The notes below the pieces were generated by a model, which was not told the origin of the DNA, made no database searches, and saw only the letters and a list, made by a program, of their open reading frames with translations. From the NCBI RefSeq assembly GCF_900634775.1, contig NC_041064.1, positions 1,508,717-1,572,716 on the forward strand: 64,000 nucleotides of DNA, written 5' to 3'. The DNA is from Gouania willdenowi (Eukaryota). Of the stretch, positions 11,806 through 22,059 are shown in pieces. The number at the start of each line of letters is the position of its first letter. The stretch's first letter is position 1. Both the position numbers and the translations under genes were made by a program.

Positions 11806-11843
11806 TCAGTGCAACATTAGAGTGAGAGGCAGAGGGGTCAAAG

Positions 11844-12932
11844 ATGGCAACCGTTGATGACGCTGAGTTCTGCTTTTCAAATCTTAACTCATCGTGCAGG
11901 AGGATCGTGCGTCCTCACTCAGTCTCTGTGCTGATTTATATCACCCTCTCCTCCATCTCTGTGATGACTGTGTACCTCAACCTGCTGGTCATCATCTCCA
12001 TCTCACACTTCAGGTATTTAAATATTCTTTCACAGTGTTTAGGAGGTTCTGTTTTCATAAAATCTGATCTGACTTTTCTTTATCTCTCACTTTTCAGGAA
12101 GCTCCACACTCCCACCAACCTCCTCCTCCTCTCTCTGGCTATCTCAGATTTCTTCGTGGGCATCCTTATGATCTTCCAAATAACACTTATTGATGGTTGT
12201 TGGTTGTTTGGGGCGCTGTTGTGTAGTGTGTATTATTATTTGGATTATATCTTCACCTCAGCTTCAATAGGAACAATGGTTCTGCTCTCAGTGGATCGCT
12301 ACGTGGCAGTGTGTGAACCTCTGCAGTATCCCACTAAAGTCACAGCAAACAGAGTGAAAGTATGTGTTTCTCTGTGCTGGATCATTTCTGTTCTCCATCA
12401 GTCTTTTCTTCTTAAAGATAACCTGGAACAACCAGGCCAGTACAGCACGTGCCTTGGGGAGTGTGTAGTAGTTGTCAGTTATGTTGGTAGTATTGTAGAT
12501 GTTATCCTGTCATTTATTGGACCTGTTATTGTCATCGTACTGATGTCTCTGAGGGTGTTTGTGGTGGCTTTGTCTCATGCTCATTCTATGCGTTCTCATG
12601 TTGCATCTGTGAGACCTGCACACGAGTCCCAATTCACAACAAAGAAATCTGAGCTTAAAGCTTTCAGCACAATCAGCGTTGTCATTGTGGTTTTCCTCCT
12701 GTGCATTAGTCCATATTTTTGTGTTTCTATGACTGGAGCAGATTCTGTTTTAAATGCTTCCACTTTGGCTTTTGTGATGTGTCTGTTTTACCTGAACTCC
12801 TTTTTCAACCCTCTGATCTATGCACTGTTTTACCCCTGGTTCAGAAAGTCCATCAAGCTCATTGTTACCTTTCAGATAATGAAGCCTGGCTCCAGTGATA
12901 TTAACCTGCTGCACAGAGAGCGGAAACGCTGA
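11844..12932 (+). CDS. TAAR-family olfactory GPCR, paralog 2. Two exons: 11844..12013 and 12098..12932.
   Basis: Fingerprint NSFFNPLIYALFYPWF, DRY, D3.32 (YYYLDYIF), D5.42 (SIVDVILSFIGP), TM6 CISPYF. Intact ORF. Confidence 0.9.
   Translation: MATVDDAEFCFSNLNSSCRRIVRPHSVSVLIYITLSSISVMTVYLNLLVIISISHFRYLNILSQCLGGSVFIKSDLTFLYLSLFRKLHTPTNLLLLSLAISDFFVGILMIFQITLIDGCWLFGALLCSVYYYLDYIFTSASIGTMVLLSVDRYVAVCEPLQYPTKVTANRVKVCVSLCWIISVLHQSFLLKDNLEQPGQYSTCLGECVVVVSYVGSIVDVILSFIGPVIVIVLMSLRVFVVALSHAHSMRSHVASVRPAHESQFTTKKSELKAFSTISVVIVVFLLCISPYFCVSMTGADSVLNASTLAFVMCLFYLNSFFNPLIYALFYPWFRKSIKLIVTFQIMKPGSSDINLLHRERKR
12014..12097 (+). other. 84-bp in-frame intron of TAAR paralog 2
   Basis: CACTTCAG|GTATTTAAAT…CTCACTTTTCAG|GAAGCTCCAC. 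Coordinates were verified by counting. Confidence 0.8.
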
Positions 12933-13324
12933 CAAAGCAGCCTTTGTTCTCCATCATCATCTTTAATTTGACATTAAAAAATGAATGTGTCATCAAATCA
13001 AATATTGCTGCAGGAGAAACACACTGACTCCTTAAGTTTGTCAAGGACATCATGTATTTATCAGGGCCCGACCACCAAAGGTGATGTGAATGCCCTATTG
13101 TTCCCGTAAGGATTTTTCTTATTCTAAATATTATAATTTTACCGACAATTTACTTTGATTTTTTTTCTAATTTAGATTGTTTACAGTCAGGCCCCTAATG
13201 CTTTGAACAATGATACAATTTCCAGCATTTATCAGTGCAGTAAAGTTTAAACCAATGATTGTTTAATTCTGCTGCAGTCCAGCTTGTTTTCAGTGTCTCT
13301 TAGCTTTAACACAGTTGAATGTAT

Positions 13325-14469
13325 AAGCCTTATCACACTCTCGCTCTGGTTCAATTCTTCCGCGATAGGTCAAAGGTCAAGAAGGATAAACTTGCCATGG
13401 CTGACGGTGTAGGAAGCGAGTCTGACAGAGATTTAAATATTTTTTGCCATTGTAGCGTTGATTCCTTAAATATTGTTTTTGGGCAAATGTGGCATCAGTC
13501 TCCAAGGCAGAAAGACCTACTTAGCTGCTAAAGCTAATGCTGCTAAGGCTAATGCTGCTAAAGCTAATGCTGCACACGAGCTGAAAATAAGTTTTTTCCT
13601 GACGTTTCAACAGTGACTCAGGTTATTGTCACATTTTGTGAACATGAATCGGCTGTTGACATGAAAGTGTTGTTTCACTTAATCAGAATCAGAAAATACT
13701 TTATTAAACACAGAGGGGTTCAATAAAGTATAAGTTTTGTATAAATGGCAAAGAGTGGTGTATTAAAAAAAGCCACACAAATAATGATAATTATACACAC
13801 GCAGAAAAAAGGAGCAATACGACACAAATTAAATGTGCAAATGAAACGACCTGTCCATCGTGCATTTCCTTCAACTTTGTAAAGTTAATTAATATAATAG
13901 CTTAATAAAAAAATAATCATATGGACCTGGTTAATGAATGGTATACCTCATAAATGTACTTTTTCAAAGTAAGAACTGTAATACCTGCCTGATCCACATC
14001 CTTGGTGTCATATAATGGTTCGTTTATATACATGTACATGTCTGTGATATGGAATTGTTAATCATGAAAACATTAAGATTAGACCAAGTCACTTTCCTTG
14101 TATTTTTTAAACTCTACTTGGCAGTAAAAATATTCTGAAACAAACATAGTGTTTTATTATTACAACAGAGCAAGGCAAAAGATTACGCTGCTCATTTTTT
14201 AAAATTTTTTTTTGCGACTCCTCGTCTATTAAAAGCACAAATACTTGTTGAAACTTATATGTTGAAAGCCAATCTAAATGTGTGACGGTCTGAGTGTTGC
14301 ACTTGCAATATATTGAATGTCAGATAGATTAGGCCTACTTTTATTGTACCAAAAGTCAGCTGAAAATCTCAGCGCATAGCACAAACAGCGTCGTGTTGAC
14401 ATTTATATCCCTCTTGACCTATGACCTCCGCTGATCGCGCATGTGCACTTCCAGAGTGTGAAAAGGCTT
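13325..14469. mobile_element. Non-autonomous (MITE-like) DNA transposon of ~1.15 kb with ~17-19 bp terminal inverted repeats and a 2-bp AT/TA target duplication. Present only in the duplicons of paralogs 2 and 3.
   Basis: Termini AAGCCTTATCACACTCTCG … AGAGTGTGAAAAGGCTT. The empty site gaatgtAT|tgagcag is seen in the other four duplicons (e.g. 39865..39880), and the filled site is gaatgtAT[element]ATtgagcag. The element is AT-rich with no ORF. Confidence 0.65.
13524..13571. repeat. 15-bp minisatellite (GCTGCTAAAGCTAAT)n, ~3 copies, inside the MITE-like element
   Basis: Direct tandem repeat. The orthologous position in the next duplicon has ~6-7 copies. Confidence 0.8.
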
Positions 14470-15177
14470 ATTGAGCAGAACTTTAGACGTTCAGCTGAAC
14501 TGTTTAGGTGAATGCACTTTAGATGTATTTATGTTGGAGCAGAGGGTCATCAAGAACATGCAGAACAGTCACCCTCAGGAACCAGGAATGAGTCAACCTG
14601 GTTCTAAAAGTCCAAAGTAAATCAGAAATGCTGCCTGGCTCTTTTTTAAAGGTGTGTTTGATTCCTGGTGGTGATGTACGGAGCCTATATGTTAAATATA
14701 ACATCACTGTCTCTTTATTAGACCTGATTGTGCTTAATGAGTTGATTGTCTTCATGTCCCTATAATAACTGACATCTCTGTGTTTTTGACAATATTTGGA
14801 GATTATTATTGTATTTCAGTCTTTATGTAAATGTTCCATCAGCCTGCGCACTGTAACGCTGTTTGTAGCTCTGAGCTTTTTTCACATTGGTCTCTAAATA
14901 AACGTTGCTTCATGAAACCTTGTCCAGCAGAGTTTTCATCTTATTTAACAATGGACTGAACAGGGAAAAGACAAAGGACAGTTTGTAATAAATCCTGAAG
15001 CCCAAATATTTACAGATGTAAAGCTCCTCCTACATTTTACATGTGAGCTACTTTTTACTTTTACTCGAGTAGATTTTTACACCAGTAACTTTACTTTTAC
15101 TTTAAGTACATTTTTAATCAAAGTAACAATACTTTAACTTAAGTAGATTTTTTTTCTGTACTCTCTCCACCCCTGGA

Positions 15178-15191
15178 CACACACACACGCA

Positions 15192-15223
<32 letters not shown>

Positions 15224-15230
15224 CACCCAC
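15178..15230. repeat. (CA)n / (CACG)n microsatellite
   Basis: cacacacacgcacgcacgcacgcacgcacgcacacacacacacaca. Confidence 0.9.
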
Positions 15231-15664
15231 CCCCTGTCACTCTCAATAATCAACTTACAAGCAAACGCTAGCATCAGGCGAACTACCAGAGAGGTAGTAT
15301 ATTTCCCTGCTTTGAAATGGAAGAAATGTAGGATGAGGGATTGACTTTCTCTGCTGTTGATATTTTACATTTCAGGTGCTGTGTCATGATCGTGGTGCTT
15401 CCAAGTCAGGTTATATCACTTTTGCAAAGCTAGCACGTCATGCTTTTTTTAGTTTGTTTTGTTTTTTGTTTTGTGAAGCGTGAAATACTCCCACATGTTT
15501 GAGGATTTCAGTCAAACTTTTTTTCTCTGTGTCGGTCATGTTTCTTTTTAAAATATGATTTTTTTAAACTTTGTTGACAAAGCTCTGCAGGTGAAGCAAA
15601 CGGCTCTGCAACATAGGGAGTAGGGTGGTTCACAAAAATCATTTTCACCAAATTTTTCCAGATC

Positions 15665-17520
15665 GCTTTTTGCTTTGTTCCAATTAACATTGTTAACCCC
15701 CAGCATCGGGGGTGGTTGGTCTGCTGGTTGGGTGCGCCGGGCCTCGTGGGCGCTGTTCCGAGGCGGGGGTTCCCTGGGGGTGGGCCTTTGGTTGGGGCGT
15801 CTTGGGACGCGTTCTCCTGCCATCCGCCTGGGAGCTGGCTGCGGTTCGGTGTGGCGCCGCACTGCCTTTGGCAGCTTCGGGGGGGTGTCTCGTGTCGGTG
15901 TGTGTGTGGCCTCCGTGGGGAGGGGGGGGGCTCTGCTGGTGGCACTTAGTGTCGGGTGGCGGAACCTGGCGGGACCTGGCTGGGGGTGCTTGGGTTCGCC
16001 CGATTATTGGTTGGTGGGTGGCGGGATGGCCCTGTTGGGCGGCTGATAGCGTCCTCTCTGGTCGGGGGGGCCGGGGCTGCCTCCCTGTAGAGGGTTTTTG
16101 CATCATCGTGCTCTGCGGGCCTGTGCTGGGCTGATGTGGGCGCGGACTTCTCTCCTGCCCGGCTGCTCTCTGTTGCGGCGGGGGGGCAGCATCGTGCTGT
16201 GGTGCGTCGGGGGTCGCCCCCTGGACTCCTGGGGGGTGTGGCTGGTGCCTGGCCCTGCCTGGGGGGTGGTAGTGCCGCCGTGCCCCGTGGGGTCTCCGGC
16301 CGTGCTGCTCGGCGCGTCCCTGGGGTCCGCTGTGCCGCGAGCCCGTCTGCGCCATCTACCCTCTCCGGTGGCCCGTCGTGTGGACGGGCCGGGCTCGCAC
16401 CAGACAGGCCTCCTAAATGAACACCTCACTTCACTCCCAGCTGGTCTGGCTCACTTACTTGGTGCACCACACACCCATACCCAACCCTTGGGGGGCTGGA
16501 TGATGGGGCTGGGGGTGGAGGGTGCCACCGCCTATGCTACTAAATAGTGGCACGGGGGTGGCATTCCCACCTCAAATTGCCCTACCAATCCCTCCAATTT
16601 TAATAGCACCTTAAAACACCACCCCCGGAGGGTGCGACCACAACTTCCACCCTCCGGATCTATTGCACCACATACACATATATACACAGAGGTTAGACAG
16701 GGAGCACTGGGCTTGGCCGGTCCTGGCGGGGGTCATCCGGGGTGGGTGGTGCGGGCTGCGCTCTTGCATACCAGTGGGTGCGGCGTGGGGTGGCCCCTGC
16801 TTGGGCGGTACCCGAATTACCGCCTCTAGTTTGTGCATGCCGGTGTGGCGGTCTGGCTGGGCCCTTGGGGGTGAGTGGGGCGGGGGTGCGAACTTTAGCA
16901 ATTACTAAGGCGCATTGCGCTGGGGGTATAAAAAAAAAAGTGACCTGGGGGGCTGGGTTAACCTAGCCCCCCAAACCCTAACCCGCTGACGAATGCACGC
17001 CGGCTGCCCGTTCGTCGCGGCTCTGGTCGTTTGCTGAGCATGGGCCTTGGCCCCTCTGTTGGGGTCTCGGGGGAGGGGGCTCTCCGGGCCCTCCCCTTGA
17101 GGGATTGGGTGCGGGGGTGGTGGGGTGGATGTCGCCTTGGGGTTGGGAGTGGGGTGCGCCGGTTCTTCGGCTCCTAGGTGCTTTCTCGGGTGTGTATGTG
17201 GGGGCAGTGGCTACCTCTCGACTTGGTGTCTTGAGGGTGTCTGGGGGGGCTCGGCCAGTTGGGGGTTGCCTGGGCTCCCTGGGTTTGCAGTGGTGGTTTC
17301 TTGCACATACATCTGTCTACGATGCGCTAGCATGCCTTGGACTGTGGAATAAAACTTGTAGTGGGCTTAACTTCAGACACGTTGATCCCAAATACCTATT
17401 TCAGGTATTACCACTCACTCCTTCCCTCTGTCCACAGCCACCACCATTATAGTTAAGCCTCACGCCTACAACTTCACATCTCACTCCACTTTACAATAAT
17501 CAACTCTTCCCCACCCTTCC
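15665..17520 (+). repeat. Copy 2 of the GC-rich G+T-skewed repeat (~1.85 kb)
   Basis: Near-identical to 29475..31400. It contains CCCTAACCC at ~16970 and the hairpin aaatacctatttcaggtatt near its 3' end. The long ORFs on both strands (e.g. 15693..16355, -) are Pro/Gly/Arg-rich compositional artefacts. Confidence 0.55.
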
Positions 17521-20500
17521 ATTTCTCTACCTTGAATCTCTCCTGTCTGCTCCCTTCATCTCAGCACAGTTCTCACAGTCTGTTGTCTGATGACATGGAA
17601 ATGATCTTGTAGAGATCTGATTCAGAAACAAAGTTCCTAGGTGGTAGCAGTTATGGAGAGAGGAGGGGACGCAGTGTCATTCGGCACAAACATCCTGGAG
17701 AATAGAGAGATAAGCCAGCCTTGACACAACTGGTTGTATGGGGGAGCCACTGAAAATAACAATTGTTTTCGGCCAGGCTAAGTACAATTTCTGTCAGCCT
17801 TGAGTTCTCTGGGTCTCGGGGTAATATATCCAATATGGTGGCCATTAACTTTTGAGCTGGGCTGTCAACTTCTCCAAGTTAGATTCCATCCCGCGTAGAA
17901 GATCAAAAGTTTCATCCTGCTTGCTTTTTAGTTCCTTTATTGCATGAGTCTAAGTGTTAAGAGCCCTGCACACTCCATTAGTCATGACAGGCAGTCTTCC
18001 CAAAACAGCTGCCAACGTTGTGTGAACTTTGCAATGAATCAGAAAACTGGCAGCTCCAAACAGCAGAACACCTGTTATCATCAAATTATGTAAACATCTT
18101 CAATATCCTCAATGGAAAGGATCTGCCATTCCTGCCAGGAGTCCATTGTGTATCCGGCTGTGAACGTTCTGTCAGGACAGGCAGGCTTTCCTCTGCTCAT
18201 TCTTTTTGTCAAAAAAATGGGGTTGATTCTATTGAGAGACCAGCTGATCAATTCCATAATTTCAGTTTTGGGTAGCAATGCAGAGATAAGCTCCTATTAG
18301 ATTCTGACATAAGAGAGTACAAGACAAAAGAGCAGAAAGAAGGGCTGATAAGGGCAGAGGGGAGCAAGGTAAGAAGATGATGTTCAGATGAAGAGTTTTG
18401 CTTATGGGGCAACACCCACCAAGCACAGTGCTTCTAATAATTATGATCAAGAGACTGGAGGCAAAACCAGCAATATCTCACATGCAAGAATAAAGAAGCA
18501 AGGCTCATCTGAAGTTCTTTACCCTTCATTGACAACAACACAGGACAGAGAGGGTGTATCCAATCTTCAGGATGCTGCATCTTTCACAATGACAGCAAAG
18601 TGCTTGGGACATGATGTCAACAATTACTCAATCAATTCAGCAGCTGTGCATAGAGCTCACTATAGGTACTGAGCAAAGGTGGCATCTCAGTGGGAGTCTT
18701 AAGTTTTTCGTGATCCATCTTTTCATTGGTATGGGAAACTTTTGCCTCAAGCCTGCCAGCGCAACCATGACGACAGGGATGCAGTCATTGCCAGTGGGGT
18801 AGATTTTGAAGAACTTTTGGGTGTCCCAGTGACAACTGATGGGTCTGGAAAATAGGCGAGTGATATAAAATAAGTTTGTTTAGTATAAATAGAGAGAGAC
18901 TTTTATTGACCATACTTACCTTTACATTATTTAAGTTCTGTTTCATAATATTTCATGAGATGTCTTACTATGGGATGTTGCCTCTGCTACATTCCTCAGA
19001 ATACCTATTTCACTTTGCCAATCTTGATTGGCTGATGAAACGCATTGGTCCGATGGGAGAACCTCCCACCTCCTACAGGAGGAGGGGACGGACAGGTGCG
19101 TGTCATTCTTAAACCTCTTCTGCTTTCAGCTACCTTTCTTTTTTCCTGCCGACAAACTCTGGCAGGGCTAATGGCTGGCAGCCTCTCACTACAGTGACAG
19201 CTCTGCTGCTAGCTCTTGGCCGTAAGACCAGAGCTCCCAGACCCCAGCTTACCATAGCTGCCGTTCCAGACCACAGCACACATTTCCCCCGGGCTCCTGC
19301 AGACGTTGGTCTCCCTCCTGGGCCCACAACTTGGTGTCTGGCCCGGACCCAGCTCCTATACCATGGTGTACAAGCTGCGGCCCAGCTGCTGTTCAGAGGC
19401 GACGCTGTCCTGCATCCTTGCAAGCACCTTTGCTAGCGCGAGCTAAACCACCTGCTCTCCTGCCTGTATCAGCAGCCATGAAAGACGAGGCTCTTCTGAC
19501 CGAGGGATTGGGATGCATCGTGGCTCGTCTTTGTCCATGCAGTGGAAAATTATTTATCAAGGACGGACACAAGACCTGCTCCGGGTGCCTGGGCTTTGAG
19601 CACGCCCGGATGGCTATCGAATACCCGGCGTCCTGCAAGCACTGTGCCGCATTCAGAGCCCGGTACCTCCCCTGGAGACTGGTGCGGCTTCTGAGACCCG
19701 AGCAAGGCCCCTCTTCCCCCTCATCTCTGGCCTGCCATTGTCGTGGAAACCACCAGGTCCTGCTACGAAGGGAAGAAGCTGCCTCTCTCCAGAGGCGCTC
19801 TGAGACAGACTCTCCCTTTCTTCCCCGAGCTTCTCGAGAAAGTGGTTCGCCTCTGGCAGACACGCCCGTTCACTGGGAGGGCCCCGGTTGCAGGCTTCTC
19901 TATCCTTGACTGCGAGGCGATAGAGGCCCGTAGACTGCTCAGGATGCCACAGGTGGAACCGCTCGTAGCTGTGCACCTGCTCCCATGTCGGCCTTCTGTG
20001 TCTTCACGGAGACCCATGCTACCGTCGAGATGGGACTGTCTGCAGTCGGACCTGTCCCGTAGGACTTACACAGCCGCTGGCCTCTCGGTCAGGGCCATGA
20101 ATGTCCTCTCCCTCCTCACCGCCTACTAAGGCTGAACTTTGTGAGGATTTCACTGCGTCCCATAACCCTGTAATAATAGAGTAGTTGTCTATGGTGACGA
20201 ATGTGTGCCTCTGAACCCAAGCCTGCTCACTACAGACTATGGAGAAATTCATGGGCAATATGGTGATCCAGGAGCGTGCTCGCTGGCTCAATCTTGCTAG
20301 GCTGACAGACGCCGAAAGACGCCCTATCTTCAATGCAGCAGCGCTGCAAAGCGAAGAAGAGGGAGGATGAGCACTGCTGCACCAGCGCAGCAGTCCCAGC
20401 GCGCACAGGCACGCAGAATGAAAAAGTTGGCCTGACCTCTTTCTTCTCCCACCTCGTGTCAAAAACAGTGATGTGCTCATAGCTCACGCCTCTGGGCAAA

Positions 20501-20521
20501 TGGCCAGAGGCATCCCTAAAT

Positions 20522-21933
20522 GTGAAAGCGTTGTCTGCCACAATAAACAGGGTGATAGCGGGAGACATTATCTCTACTCGAAGGGAGGCTTTAGCCTCTT
20601 CCTGTCAGAGACGGCGCTCCTCTTGTGATCACTTTGTCCCCCAGAACAAGCAGTGCATGCTTGCTCCGAGGGGTATGGCGCTGGCAGCAGGGCTCCTCAT
20701 CTGTGGGAACATTACCTCTGGGGTCGTGCGGCCCGCTGCTGCCAGGGGGCTCTGCCATTGCGTGGGCAAGCCACCTGCGGCTATGCGGAGGCACCATCTT
20801 GTCGCTCTTGTGTCTGCATGCAGCCTGCCCTCAGGAGAGGATGCCACCACTCTGCTGACGGTGCCTCTCTCAGTGAGGGCACCGGAGCACCTGTCCTCTC
20901 TTTCCCTGAGGATAGACAGGAGGGGGCTTGCAGTCCCGCCCTGGGTGTTATGGATGTTATCGAAGGATTACAAACTGCAGTTTGCATCTGTCCCTCCCGG
21001 TTTCGGCGGCATAGTGCACTCCCGGGCCTGGGGAGTTTTGGGCCACATTTTACACAAGGAAATTTCTTCTCTGTTGCACAAAGGAGCTGTGTCGGAATCT
21101 GCTGTCGCAGGCGGAAGGCACGGTTTTCCATCCACGACCACAGAGTCTGGTACTGTGGGCCTGGCCCCTGAGTGGCACAATCTGTTGGCTATAGGGTTAT
21201 CACAGGACGTTATCTCTACCATACAGAGCACTCAGGCCTCCTCTACTAGGTCTTTTAATGACTTTAAGTGGAGGGTATTTAAGAACTGGTGTCTCCAGGG
21301 AGGCCACGTCCCTTTCCAGTGCCTGGTGGGTGTGATTCTGTCATTCTTGCAGGGCCTGATTGACAAGTGCAAAGCCTTTTCCATGGGGAAAGTGTATTTG
21401 GCGGCGATCGCCACCTGTCATTTGGGCTTTGCGGACAAACCGGCGCGTCAGCATCTGCTGATATGCAGCTTTATGAAGGGGGCGTGCAGGCTCCTCCCCG
21501 TGTCCACATTGATGGTTCCACCATGGGATCTGGCGGTGGTTCTGGAGTGTCTTAAGGGACCCCCGTTTGAACCGATGGGTGAGACAAACCTAAAGTTCGC
21601 CTCTCTTAAAACTGTCTTGTTACTGGCTCTGGCTTCAACCAAGAGGATCAGTGACATCCACGTGCTCTCGGTTCACCCGTCGTGCACTCAGCTTTCCTCA
21701 GGTGACGCAAGGATCATTCTGAGACCCAACCTTTGTGCCGAAGGTGGTGGGCTCATGTTCTCCCATTGACCTGCTGGCCTTTTCTGCCTCACAGGGTGAT
21801 CAGCGGCCTCACTTATTGTGTCCTGTTTGTGCGATCCATACTTATATGGATAGGACAAGGACCCTCAGGAGGAGCAAACCAGCTGTTCGTCTCCTGGGCC
21901 AACTGTCATAAGGGGAAGCCTCTGTCAAAGTAA
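20522..21933 (+). pseudogene. Tyrosine recombinase (integrase-like) gene of the DIRS/Crypton-type element, frameshifted. Its C-terminal catalytic part is split by the LINE insertion at 22060 and resumes at ~24230..24310.
   Basis: …WDLAVVLECLKGPPFEPM…LKTVLLLALASTKRISDIHVLSV… (box-I Arg context). …LCPVRAIHTYMDRTRTLR…LFVSWAN…(K)PLSK… After the insertion comes …QDICAPAS.SSPHTFVRCYMLDV…, the motif that carries the catalytic Tyr in DIRS-type YRs. Confidence 0.6.
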
Positions 21934-22059
21934 CGCCTGTCATACTGGGTGGTGGAGGCTATTGCTTTGGCTTACTCGAATCAGGGTCTGCAGCCGCCTA
22001 TGAGTCTGCGTGCACACTCGACTTGGGGACTTGCCACATCCTGGGCCTTGTTTAGGGGA

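Noticed and set aside
11844-12932. Taking the uninterrupted 362-aa ORF as the mature receptor
   Set aside because: The extra 28 aa fall in ICL1 between TM1 and TM2. They are delimited by a canonical GT…(Py)n AG intron. The flanking exons splice to give the canonical …ISHF-RKLHTPTN… TAAR junction.
14519-14755. A 78-aa ORF (MKTINSLSTIRSNKETVMLYLTYRLRTSPPGIKHTFKKEPGSISDLLWTF…) recurs antisense ~1.6 kb downstream of every TAAR copy (also 6339..6527, 28415..28651, 39918..40154, 50274..50507, 61830..62066)
   Set aside because: It lies inside the 3' flank that is duplicated wholesale with each gene, so its 'conservation' is not evidence of coding. It has no recognisable domain, no splice or promoter context, and a low-complexity, basic composition. 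It is more likely part of the TAAR 3'UTR or downstream non-coding sequence.
15693-16355. Long ORFs on both strands of the GC-rich repeats (e.g. 220 aa, 181 aa, 214 aa; Pro/Gly/Arg/Trp-rich)
   Set aside because: They overlap one another in multiple frames and have extreme composition that follows the G+T skew. They differ between repeat copies by frameshifts. These are compositional ORFs, not genes.
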